NCBI RefSeq assembly: GCF_018350175.1
Contig: NC_058368.1
Location: 199,518,001 to 199,582,000 of the forward strand
DNA: 64,000 nucleotides
Direction: 5' to 3'
Origin: Felis catus
Taxonomy: Eukaryota
A program made the translations under genes and the position numbers. Positions 51,184 to 63,014 of this stretch are shown here, piece by piece; the first letter of the stretch is position 1; every line of letters begins with the position of its first letter. The notes below the pieces were generated by a model. It was not told the origin of the DNA, did not search any database, and saw nothing but the letters and a program-made list of their open reading frames with translations.

Positions 51184-51401
51184 TAATAATTTATTTTTTA
51201 AAGTTTATTTATTTACTTTGAGAGAGAAAGTGTGAGCGAGGGAGGGGCAGAGAGAGAGAGAGGGAGAGAGAGAATCCCAAGCATGCTCCAGGCTGTTAGC
51301 ACAGAGCCCAAGAGAGGCCTTGATCTCATGAACCATGAGATCATGACCTGAGCCGAAATCAAGAGTTGGATGCTTAACCAACTGAGCCACCCAAGCAGCC
51401 C
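51184..51401 (-). mobile_element. Can-SINE
   Basis: T-rich tail, (GA)n, 'gagatcatgacctgagccgaaatcaagagttggatgcttaaccaactgagccaccc'. Confidence 0.95.
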
Positions 51402-51766
51402 TTCCCCACTTTGAGTTTTCTTATTTGTAGTTTCACATCTTCCAACTTAACCACTAAACATTCAGGGCATTAGGTCATTCTCTAGATCTCTCAGAAAACT
51501 ACAAGAATAACCTTTGTGCAATGTTTCATATGCCAAAGGAGGTAAATCATGTCTTACATATCATAATTTGATTACTTATTAGTGTAGAACTGTTTAGGGC
51601 TTCACTGTAGTCCATTAAACCTATTTGTGGATAGATCTGATTTAAAAAACACTTCATTTATACACATTTATATAAATCAGATAGATCTTTGTGCTACTAT
51701 TACAGATTCCAAAAATATAAATCTCAGGCAATTAAGGATGGAGCCTGTCTGTATCTGTTGCTGTGA

Positions 51767-51975
51767 AGAGCTGCTCTGTTTAATGCAGTAGTCATTAGAT
51801 ATATGAGGCTTGTTAAGTGTAAGTTAAATTAAAATAAAAAATTTAGTTCACTGGTTACACTAGCCACTTTTCAAGTTCTCAATAGCCTCATGGGTCTAGT
51901 GATTACCATGTTGTACAGTACAGATATAGAATATTAGCATCATCATGGAAAGATTATTGGATAGTACTATTCTAA
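51767..51975. mobile_element. MER3-like hAT-Charlie MITE
   Basis: 'cactagccacttttcaagttctcaatagcctcatg...cagtacagatatagaatatt..catcatcatggaaag..tattggatagtact'. Confidence 0.75.
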
Positions 51976-52639
51976 AGCATATAAGATTATCATATTTTTT
52001 ACTTTTTTTATAAAATGAGGGAAGACTCACATTATAATGCTGTGTTTATGATCTCTAAGGCAAGTGATATGGGTTCCATTTCAAAAATTCTAGGCTTGTA
52101 GGTAACCAATAAGAAATCTTTACACAATCATGTAAATTTTACTCTGCATTGTTTATCTTATTCTACACTTTAGGAAACACCAAAAGGTCACAGGACTTGT
52201 CCCATCATCCTCATGAGGTTATTGAGTGGCTCAAGGTAGAACGAAGGCGGACAGCCTAGACCACTTAATCTGTGGAGAATCTAGGTGCCAGACACAATAG
52301 GGATAAGCATCACAAGTGAAGAAAATCTCAAATAGGCGTCTGGAAAACCCTTCAATACACCTTGAAAGTGTTCCTTGTTACAGACTAAAATAGAAGAGTG
52401 TTTATTTCATTTTCGTTTCAAATTGTCCTTGAGACTGAGAGCTTATTCACTTGGTTACCTTCAGTAGACTTGTAGTGACTATAGAATTCATCAACAAGTT
52501 ATTTAATATGGAAACATTGAAATGTAGGAGATGGTTTTACATTTTTAAACTTGAATGAGGACATTCAGACACTAGGAAAAAATAATTAGTTCAGATCTTA
52601 GTAACAGAATAACTGGTTTGATTAGAAATTGAAGCATTT

Positions 52640-52921
52640 GACATTATAGAACTGGTCTGTACTTGCTCACAAGAGCCCATTGTTAACATTTCATGAATTC
52701 TGCAAACTGGTCATTAAAAGCATTCATTATTAAAAGTTAAATTATGTAAACTTATAATTAAATTATATTAAAAGCAAAGGTAAAAAATACTCAAGAATAA
52801 TTGTTTTGTAATTATTTTACTACATTTTACTATTACCTATGCTCTTGAGGTTATTTATGTTTACTTTGTTGGTAAAGCAGAAATACTATATCATGGTGTG
52901 CTATTGCACATTTCCTCCCAA
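52640..52921. mobile_element. MER63-like hAT-Blackjack fragment, truncated on the right
   Basis: 'gctcacaagagcccattgttaa', 'aattattttactacattttactatta..tatgctcttgaggttattta', 'ggtgtgctattgcacatttcctcccaa'. Confidence 0.75.
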
Positions 52922-53075
52922 TTACCTGTAACTGAAATGGTCTGTCTACTTACAATTTCAACTCCCACTACATTTGGTGCTTTTTTTGGTCAAGGAGTCA
53001 TGCTATTTAGAGATGAGGAAAAATTGGAGATGCTTTCTGAAGTCTTACATCTGCTGTTTCTTTCTGTAGGTTCTT

Positions 53076-54202
53076 TTTATCCCCCAATTTTTATTTAAAT
53101 TATAGTTTGCTAACATATAGTGTAATATTGACTTAAGCAGTAGGATTTAGTGATTCATCACTTATATATTACACCCAGTGCTCAACACAAGTGCCCTCCT
53201 TAATACCCATCACTCATTTCACCCATCCCCATCCCACCTCCCCTCCATCAACCCTCAGTTTGTTCTCTATAGTTTAGAGTCTCTTATGGTTTCCTTCCTT
53301 CTTTTTTTCCCCCTTCACCTATGTTCATCTATTTTGTTTCTTAAATTCCCCATATTAGTGAAATCATACGGTGTTTGTCTTTCTCGGACTAACTTATTTC
53401 ACCTAGCATAATACACTCTACCCTCCATTCACATTGTTGCAAATAGCAAGATTTCATTCTTTTTGATTGCTGAGTAATATTCCTATATATATCATGTATT
53501 CTTTATCCACTCATCAGTCAATGGATATTTGGGCTCTTTTTATAATTTGGCTATTTTTGATAATACTGCTATAAACATTGGAGTGCATGTGCCCCTTTGA
53601 ATCAGTATTTTTGTATACTTCGGGTAAATAGTGCAATTGCTGGATCATAGGGTAATTCTATTTTTAACTTTTTGAACAACCTCCATACTGTTCTCCAGAG
53701 TGGCTTCACCAGTTTGCATACCCACCAACAGTGCAAAGGGTTCCCCTTTCTCCATATCCTCGCCAACCTCTGTTGTTTCTTGTATTGTTGATTTTAGCCA
53801 TTCTGACAGTTGTGAGGTAGGTATCTCATCATGGTTTTGATTTGTATTTCAATGATAATGAGTGATGTTGAACATCTTTTCATGTGTCTGTTGGCTATCT
53901 GGATGGCTTCTTTGGAAAAATGTCTATTCATGTCTTTTACCCATTTCTTCACTGGATTATTTGTTTTTTGGGTGTTGAGTTTGATAAGTTCTTTATAAAT
54001 TTTGGATACTAACTCTTTATCAGATATGTTATTTGTAAATATATTCTCCCATTCTGTAGGCTGCCTTTTAGTTTTGTTGATTGTTTCCTTCGCTGTGCAG
54101 AAACTTTTTATGTTGATGAAGTCCCATTGGCTCATTTTTGTCTTTGTTTCCCTTGTCTCTGGAGACATGTCTAATAAGTTGCCATGGCTGAAGTCAAAGA
54201 GG
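53076..54202 (-). mobile_element. 5'-truncated carnivore L1
   Basis: 3'UTR plus ORF2 C-terminal peptide (53794-54200); 15-bp TSD tttctgtaggttctt (53061-53075) / tttctgtaagttctt (54203-54217). Confidence 0.95.
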
Positions 54203-54699
54203 TTTCTGTAAGTTCTTAGACAGCAATGTGAACATTTGAATTGAGTCTCCAAGCATAGAGATGATTCTTGGAGTCAGAGAAAGGGTTAAAGGATGATATT
54301 CCATATTGAGGAAATAGAATGGTCATAAAAGTAGAGGAGGAGAAACATGGAACATGTACAATGTTCAAAAATATTTCTGTAACTCAGATGTCACTTAGAT
54401 CTTTCCAGCCCTTTTTATAAAATGGGATAAACACCCTAGTCCATATCTCATAGATGTCCAACAACCTACTTCAATAAGTCTCTGAGGGTTACAGTATCAT
54501 GGAGATCCAGAATCTGAGCTCTTATTTCTTTTAAATTAGCTGAGTTTAGGGATTTCTCTTTCCAACCTGTGCAAGTTACTCCCTACTTCACAATATGTCA
54601 TCCAGATGTGGTGCTTAGCCCCTTCTCAACAATTCTGCCACAAATAACAACAGTCACATCAAGCCTCTGTATGTTCATATGCATGTGTGTATGTGTTAG

Positions 54700-54845
54700 G
54701 TCCTTGCTATGTGAAATGTGGCCCACAGACTAGCAGAATCAGCCTTGCCTGGGAGTTTGTTAAAAATGTAATATCTCAGGCTTCCACTCAAGCCTAAAGA
54801 ATTAGAATTTAATTAAATGTACATCAAAGTTTGAGAGCCACTAAA
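54700..54845. mobile_element. MER5A1-like MITE
   Basis: 'aaatgtggcccacagactagcagaatcagcc..gcctgggagtttgttaaaaatgta..atctcagg...acatcaaagtttgagagccact'. Confidence 0.7.
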
Positions 54846-56764
54846 GGTAAATGGTTGTAAGAAGTGGTATGTGTGTATATATATCTATCTTGAAAGGGCT
54901 GGGAAGATCTAGATGACATCTGGGTTGCAAAGATCTTTTTGAATATTACACATGTTCTATGTTTCTTTCTCTACTTGTATAACCATGCTGTTTTCTCAAT
55001 CTGAGATACCATCCTTTAACCCTTTCTCTGACTCCTGGAATTGTCCGTATTTTTGAAGTTTCAATTCAAATGTTCACTTTGCTCTCTTAAGAACTTACAG
55101 AATGAAATGGCATATATAGGACTCCAGAAAGCATTTCTAATTTTTCCTCATCTCTGTATAGCATGACTCTTTGAAAAAAAAACACACACACCAGATATAG
55201 TGGAGGTTGAAATAGCAAATAGACCATTTCAGTTACAGGTAGTTGTATGTGTCCTAATTTAAAAATAAGTTTGCTAAGCGTATTTACATACATAGCTCTG
55301 AGTATGGACAATCTTTGAGAAAAGTGAGATAAGTGATAATTGACATTGATATCTCCATTTCATTTTTAAACAGGATGGCCATACCATTAGCCTAAAATAT
55401 CCTTATGTAGAGAGACAACTTCCCTTTAGTCCCTTTCTCTGAAGTTACTTTAGTAAATTATTCATAGATATAATGATAAGTAGCCCGGGAGAACATTTGT
55501 GTGAATAGCTTTGACCTTGTTTGAATACCAAACCTTGTAAGACTAGGTTGCAGACAGAATTGTTCTAGCTGTGAACAGAGAGCAATCCCATGTCAGGGGA
55601 TGTGAGAATAGGGAAGGGGGATGAGTAGAAGCAGCACTGGCTACACAGTGAGAAAGGTCAGAATCTAGTACTAGTTCCAGCACTAGATTGCTAGGAGACT
55701 TTGCTTCTCTTCCCTGGGTTGCATCCCCTTTTTCAGTCTCTTTTGTGATCAATCAGAAGACTACAGAATTTCCCAGTTCACTAAGAGCCCTCGAGATTAC
55801 TTGGGGACCTAATGGAATAGCCAGAACTGCTACAGCTCCTCCAAGCTCACACAATATTGAATCCAGCAAATTTTTGTAACTTAGAGGACAAAGATTTTGC
55901 TCGTCTTGCCATTTTCTTAAAACTCTTTCCCTTGAGTACCTACAATACTTTTGTCTGTGCTCAGTTTTATTAGCACTTCTATTCTGTAGACTTCTATTCC
56001 ATTTATTGGAATAGAGTGGATACATTAGTTGCCTGGATTTGAAACAAATCCTAAATAAAGAGTTTTATTTTTTCTTTTCTCAGTGGTGCTATAACCTGGA
56101 ATAACCTACTTTCTCTCTTGATAACACTGTTATAGGAAAACTAAGAGTAATTATCAGAGATCAGGAATAATTCTTACTTTTCACAGTAAACTGAAGTTCT
56201 TCCTGGGTCTAACCTACCAAAAGTCAAATCCAAGTAAATTATTGTAAGAAAATTTGGTGAAGTTTGTTTTTACTTCCTTCCACCTTTCCACAGGGATATG
56301 TCTAATGGTGAACCTTTATCAAATATGTGGTTTCCTCATGTTACCTTTTGCTTTTGTAGTTCTTCTTCAAGGGTCTGACATCCTAAAGTTATTGCCTTGC
56401 CTCAAACTTCCCTCTTTCCTCCCCATTTCTCTCTGTATTTTTGTGCTAATACTGGTCCAGTTAGAAAGACTTGACAACAGAATTCACAATAAAATGTTGA
56501 TGAGTGTGATCCTGTTGAGAAAGTTTACATTTCAGGGTTCTTTGATTTAGCCAAAATAAATGAAGACTTATGTTAGAATAATCAAGAGACTGGTTAGCAT
56601 TCCTGAAATTCAAACCAAACCTCCATTCCCCCTACATCTAGGGGTGGTTCTTGTCCCAAATGAAAATTAAGGACAGCCAGTGTTCAATAGGACAGATGAT
56701 CAGGAAGGCATGAATCAGAGCACCAAGGAGACTGCTGTTAAGTTTAAGCAGCATTATTTTTCCA

Positions 56765-57174
56765 ACATATTTAGGCTACTGGCACCCACCCAGATCCCAT
56801 TTACCATGCTAGCATACCCATCCCTCATCTGTGAGTGCCAGCTCCTAAAGACTTATAGTAGCCTCCCTCTCCAGACAGTTTCTCACAAACTAATGGGAAG
56901 TACTTCATCCTGGCTGCTATGCCTCTGGGGATAGGAGAGGAGTTGAAGAGAGCAGGGCAGAGACTCCTTGCCTCAAGGTAGGAATAAATCTGTGATATAT
57001 TCATGCTTCAGAATTCCTATATAAATGAGGCAAAGCTGATCTGCAGCTGAGACTACATCCTTATTTAGTTTTACCATGGCATATCCTGTTTTCTTTACTC
57101 CTTTTCTCCTGAAAGTAATCTCTCCATAAATTACTCATACAAGACTTTTCATCTCAGGCTCTGCTTCTAGGGTA
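56765..57174 (+). mobile_element. 5' LTR (LTR16-like) of ERV-L-class provirus
   Basis: 'cccacccagatcccatttacc', 'ccttgcctcaaggtagga', 'catctcaggctctgcttctaggg'; immediately followed by a PBS-like sequence. Confidence 0.75.
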
Positions 57175-60100
57175 TTTGGCACTAGGAATAGTCCTAAGAA
57201 GTGAACTCTTCAAAAAGGATTCTGGAGTTGGGTTAGTCATTGGCCAGGTGGCACTGAAAACCCCAGCCTGGATAGGTGGAGCCTTGGTAGTTCCTGGCAT
57301 GCTGCAAAAGTACACTTGCTAAGATGCTCGCCTATGGTGAACTGACAGGATACAGATGGAAGGAGGTATACTAACTGATACAGTTTCTGGCATTTGAAAG
57401 GCACAAGAAAAAGAGTAGCTCTATGGACTGTAGAATGGTTTGCTTTTGCTAAATGGCATTTATATATTGAAGGGAGATCATGATAAATTTCCATCTATTA
57501 ATCAGTAGTTTAAAGCGAAATATGAGTCAGAAATCCTCTAATTTCTATAGATTGAGGGCAGACAAAGCTGATGGCTTGGAACAGGACATAATTGTAAGTG
57601 GCAGAAGACTTTAGAGAAAGGTGAATTCTCAGCTTTAAGAAGGTCTCCTAATCCAAAGTCAGAGATCTGATAGGAAAGTGGGAGCCTGAGATGGAAATAT
57701 CTAAGTAGATGCACTTGGGTACCTTGAAATCTTAGACTTCCCTGAACTCTCTGATTTTTCAGAATTGACCATTATCTTTTAGTGGAAGATAAAGTTCCCT
57801 CTCCCCTGCTTAAAGACCATGCAGAAGTCTCAAAGGAGAAAGGCATCTTTGGGAAAATCTTCCTCAGGAACGGTTCCTATTTCTTCTCCTGCCTACAAGA
57901 CCCATAACTTCGGTCAAATTTCAACAAAGTTAGACTGGGGAAGTATTAGCCTGCTAAAAAAGAGGTATTGAGTACTAAAAAATCTGCTGGCCTTAGTTAA
58001 ATGTGTATTGGCAGGATCTAAGAAGAGATGCCTATAAACAGATCCCGAAGCTACTGGGAAGGAATATAAAGCTGGATTAGAGATCATGTATTGATATGAG
58101 GCACTTTTCTGCAACACAAGATTTAACATTCTGGCAGTGGTCTGAAGAGACAGTTTTAATGCTCTACTGGGATGGTTCTTAGAAGATTGGAAAAAGCAAT
58201 GCCATATATCAAATGTCAGCAAACCTTTACTGTGTAATGGGCCAGATAGCAAGTATTTTAGAATTTGAGAGTAATATAACCAATATATAAACAAATGGGT
58301 GTGGCCAATAAATTGGGTATTGCAATAAAAATTTACTTACAAAAAAAGGAAGGAGCTGGATCTGGCTCAAGGGCCATAGCTTGCCAACTGCTGCTCTACA
58401 TTTAATGAGATAGAGGTGCCAACATTTCTGTGGCAGACTATGAAGGAAAGTATTAAGAGGCTCAGAAAGTGGGCATGTTAGAATGGGCTATTACTTAAGA
58501 CTGGAAAAGCCACCATGTGATTGTATTCCTTGGGAGGTCCTGGAGAAGACTTTACTCATGACAGTAAGAAGTGTGCCAGTAAGGGAGAATTTTTAAGAAG
58601 CATCGAGGTGGCTGTGCTCTACACTAGAGCAGAATAGAAGATACTGTTGCAGAACTGAGAATTATAGGATCTGGGAGTAGCCAGGTGGTAGTACTAAACT
58701 GACAGAGTAAGGTGGGCATAGTTATCATAATAGGCAGAAGCTTGGAATGGCAGCCAGGGAGGCATTATCCACAGAGATCTATGGAGATTGCTAATATAGC
58801 ATCATGCTCCTAGGGGCAAGATTTATTGTTTAATATATGTAGCAATCAACACAGATAATAAATATGAGATCAGAAAGCTGAAGGCAACTGCCAGAACATC
58901 ACAGTTCCTTGCCCAGTTTACATACTGAGGAGATTCTTAGGCATAGAGCCCATCAACTGAAGGAGTAACCAGAAATCCATATAAAAGGACTTAGCAACAC
59001 CATGAGTATACAGAGCAGTGAGACACCCAGTCCTTCCCTCAAAGACCCTACTGCCACTTATTTGGGTAACTGTATACTTTGGAGAGGGATATACCCTAAC
59101 ATTTCAAGAACTAATGATCTGGGTCTTTGTTGATCCTGATACCTAGGGATGCAGAGTCCCTCAATCGTCTCTTGTTAGAGTAGAAGCATATGGGATCAGG
59201 TTTAAAAAAATGAAGTCTTTGTCTATGTCTATTTCAGTGTGTTCACCAGGGTTAGAGATTCACCTAGTGGTCATTACCTCTGTTTTTGAATGCATAATCA
59301 GAAGAACATACTTTGTAATCAGCACAACTTTAACATTAATTCCTTGACCTTTAGAGTAAAAGCTATTGTAGTCAGAGAAGCCAGGTAGTTTTTGAAACTG
59401 CCTCCACCCTGTCCACCTTGTCATAGTACATAAAAACAGTATCATTTTTTAAGAGGTCGGTAGATTAAAATTTTAAGGAATGTAGGGGTGGTAGTCTTTA
59501 TCATATCTCCAATTAATTCACCAGTCTGGTTCTTGTAAAAACTGGATGGCTCATGGGAGGATGACAGTGGACTAATTGCAAATTTAACTAACCGCAGCTG
59601 CTCTGCCAAATCTGGTATCTTTATGAGATCAGAATAACACAGCCTCTTTATGTGGTATAAAACTATTGAGCTGGCAAGTACATTATTTCAATATCCATAA
59701 AGAATGAGAATCAGAAGCAGTTCCTATTCACATGGGATGGACAACAATATATATTTGTGGTCTTATCCCAGGGCTATGTTCATTTTCCTCTCCTTGTCAC
59801 AATGTAAACTAAAGAGAGCTGGATCATTTGGATATTCTGTAGATTGGTCCACTTTGTTGATGATATCTTGCTAATTAGATCTGACGAACAAAAAGTAGTA
59901 AGTGTATGTCTTGGTAAGACACATGTGCTCGTGAGGGGAAGAGATGAATTCTAAAAAGATTCGGGAGTCTGTCTCATTAGTGACATTTTTATAGTTTCCA
60001 GTGTTGTGAGACATGCTGGGACATTTTCATTGAATGTAAAGGACGAATTATTGCACCATACACTTCGTAACAGTAGGAAAGAAGCATATACCTTGGTAGG

Positions 60101-62505
60101 TCTGTTTGGGTTTTTGGAGGCAGCATATTCTTTAGTTGGGAGTATTGCTTTGACCCATTTTTTGAGCAGGTGAAGGCTGTTTGGAGTGGATCTCAGAGCA
60201 ATAAAGGACTCTGCAGCAAGTCCAGGCTATGGAACAAGCAGTCCTACCCTTGAGCAATATGGTTTGGCAGACCCTCTGGTGCTAGAGGTATCTCTCCTAG
60301 AAAAAAGCACTATCTGGAGCCTCTAGAAAGTCCTAGTAAGGGAATTTAAACACAGAGTTCTGGAGCAAGGCCATCCATAACAGAATTACCTGCCATTTGA
60401 AAATACCTGGATTGCTATTAGGCTCCAGTAGAAGTTGAGCATCTAATCATGCGATATCAAGTGACCATTCAGAAATAACTTCCCTTTATGAGCGGGATAC
60501 TGTCAGCCCATCCAGCAATAAGTTTGGGCCCAACAGCAATCCACTGAAAAATGGAAGTGGTAGATCCCATCCCAAGGCTGGGGCTTGAGCAATTCCAAGG
60601 AACAAAAGTAAGCTGCATGACACTTACACTCAAGTCACATATCAGTGTTTCACCAGTGCCTCTCCCTCAGCTCACATCTACAGCCTTTGGGGCTTTCTTA
60701 CAAATGGCTGATGAGAGGCAAAATCCTGAGTTTGGTTCCCAGATCATTCAACTTGATATGTGGCTGTAAACTAAAAATGAACTGTTGTTCTACTGCATTC
60801 ACATGCAAGGGTGGGACCGAATGATTGTAGTGAGAGGAAATCCTTCAAATGGGCAGTTATTCAGTGAGTTTAGTGATTTGGCTCAGTCACTTTGTTGGAG
60901 TGGAAGCTGGCCTGAGACAAGATATCCCCATATTCATGAGTGATGGGGGGGTGGCTTAATGGGTTGGAAATACATAAACTCATGGGCAGTGGTGAATGGT
61001 TAGTTGACTGCTCTGGAGCTTGATAAGAGCAAGATTGGAAGCTCAGTGGTAATAATGTCTGGGCAAGAGGCATATGGTTGGAACTTTAGAAAAGGGCACA
61101 AAATGTAAGTAACCTTATGCTGCACCTTAATGCAGAAGAGGTGCTAAACAACTAAGTAGACAAGATAGATGTCAGCCTCCTCTGTCCTCAGTCACTACAG
61201 GGATTGTGCAGTGGGCTTCTGAATGGAGTGTCCATAGTTGGAGGCCATAGGAATGGAGGCTTTGAATGGGCCCAACAACATGAGTTCTGTCTCATTCACA
61301 AAGGCTGATCAAACTACTGCTATTTCTAATATCCAGTCTATCAGCCACCAAGACCAATGCTGGGTCCCTATTAAAGTGCCATTTCTCAAGGAGACCAAGC
61401 CGCTACTTGGGGGAAAGTTTTCATTTTGATATCCCTTTTACCCTAAAAGGGACAATGATGTATTTTGATAGGATTGTCTTGTATTCCAGGGTGGACTGAC
61501 CTTTTCTGCCTTGGCTAACATCACAACCCACGTGTTGACAAAGTATCTAATCTATTGACATAAGATCTCATATAATATTTCTTTGAACAAAGGAACCAAG
61601 TTTATGGCAGTGCAGATGAGATGGTATTCACATGACCATAGGATACATCTGTCCTGCCACAACATCCCCAAACTGGATGGCCTGGTAGTGCAGTGGAATT
61701 GCCTCTTCTCAGTTGAGGTATCAACTTGAGGGTGACATCCAGTGTAGATGGCGTACCATCCTTCATGATGTGGTGTTCACATTAAACCAGTGGCTATCAT
61801 ATGCTGTTTTATGTGTCTGAGAACCAATGGGTAGAAGTAGAAGTGGCTGTATTCACCATCACTTGTATTGGCCCATTTGGGGAATTTGTGCTTCTCATTC
61901 TGAAACTATAAGCCCTGTGGATCTGGTGGTCCTGGTTTTCAGCGGGAGAACTCTTTCTCAAGAAGACATAGTAAAAATCCCTATAAACATTTGTTGAATG
62001 GTCATTTGGGGCTTTTCATGCCAGTGGACCAGCAGGCTAAGATTATAGTTACACAATGGTAGGATAATTGACTCTAATTATCATGAGGAGGTAGGATCAC
62101 GGAGAATGCTTTTGTCACTAAGTCAATCCATTTTAGCATCTTTTGATTTTATCATATTTGGTTTTAAGTGTAAATGCAACCATAGCACCCCCAGCCTGAT
62201 AAGGAGATGGTCACTAGGACTTAGATTCTTAGGGATGAGGGCCCACCAAGCAAACTACCTAGCTCAGCACAGATACAGGCTATGAAGGAAGAAATCTGCA
62301 ATGAGTGGCAGAAGAGGGAGATAAAGAGTATAAGTTACAACCTTGAAATCAACTGCAGCAGTCAGTTGATTGTAGTTTGATCTATTAAACTACATTTGCA
62401 GTCTTCCCTGAACTTGTAAGTGCTCTAAATCTTGGAGAAGCTGTGCCTGGAAAGAGTAAACTTAATATGAGAATCAAGTGGCTCTGAGCAGTATAAGGGG
62501 TAGAC
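57175..62505 (+). mobile_element. Decayed ERV-L-class internal region (ERV3-16A3-like): gag-pol-dUTPase, no env seen
   Basis: tRNA-Leu PBS-like tggcactaggaatagt (57177); RT motifs SPINSPVW (59506), QKQFLFTWDGQQYIFVVLSQGY (59712-59777), LVHFVDDILLI (59844-59876); integrase-like remnants ~61560-61710; dUTPase-like remnants ~62000-62095; PPT-like 'ataaggggtagac' before the 3' LTR. Confidence 0.88.
58210..58393. mobile_element. MER58A-like hAT-Charlie MITE nested in the provirus
   Basis: 'gtcagcaaacc...gggccagatagcaagtattttag...aaacaaatgggtgtggc...gggccatagcttgccaactgctg'. Confidence 0.85.
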
Positions 62506-63014
62506 TGTAGTAAATCTTGTTGGTATCCTTAACTTAAGATGTTGTTGGTGCACTTAACTACTAGCTGCTGGGAATTTTGGCTACCTAATGGCTCATAGCT
62601 GCCTCCTTCTCTGGAGATTTGCCCTTGACCAAATGGGAACCCTCGTTCATGGGAGATGATTTTCCTCTCCAGAGAACTGACCCAGGGTACAGAAATATGG
62701 CTTCCTTGCCTTAAGATTGGACCAAATCTATGGTGCAATTTTTGCTTAGCATTCCCTGTGGGATCAGGCTGAAGTTAGTCACCAACTGAAACTATACCTT
62801 TTTTTTTCTTACTTCCTCCCCGCTTTCCCACAACTTTTGCAATGAGAGCCGTTACACTGATACAATGACTTATAAATCGCTGAAATGAAAGAAGAAATGA
62901 GATCATTGCTCTACCTTGCATGACTTATTTTCCTTCTCCTGATATTTTCTCAATAAATTGTTGCACAAGAATCCTCATCACAGGATCTCTTTCCAGGGAA
63001 ACTGACCTAAGATA
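62506..63014 (+). mobile_element. 3' LTR (LTR16-like) containing a 108 bp foreign insert
   Basis: Begins tgtag right after the PPT; has the aataaa signal and ends 'gcacaagaatcctcatcacagg...ccagggaaactgacctaagata'. Confidence 0.8.

Larger units (their letters stand above)
52919..55245. repeat. Inverted duplication, ~355 bp arms (left 52919-53075 + 54203-54414; right 54893-55245)
   Basis: Collinear reverse-complement match over the full arm, e.g. acctgtaactgaaatggtct, agagatgaggaaaaatt, gtgaacatttgaattga, ggagtcagagaaagggttaaaggatg, agatctt.ccagcccttt. Confidence 0.95.

Noticed and set aside
52898..55311. Paired similar ORFs (QLPVTEMV...RDEEKLEMLS) as a small gene family
   Set aside because: The similarity follows from the DNA duplication; indels shift the frame between copies, the starts are non-homologous and one copy runs into an L1.
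62835..62890. Plus-strand ATGAGA..CTGA..ATGACT..CTGA pattern resembling a C/D-box snoRNA
   Set aside because: C boxes deviate from RTGATGA, the span is only ~45 nt, and the tail orientation indicates a minus-strand transcript.
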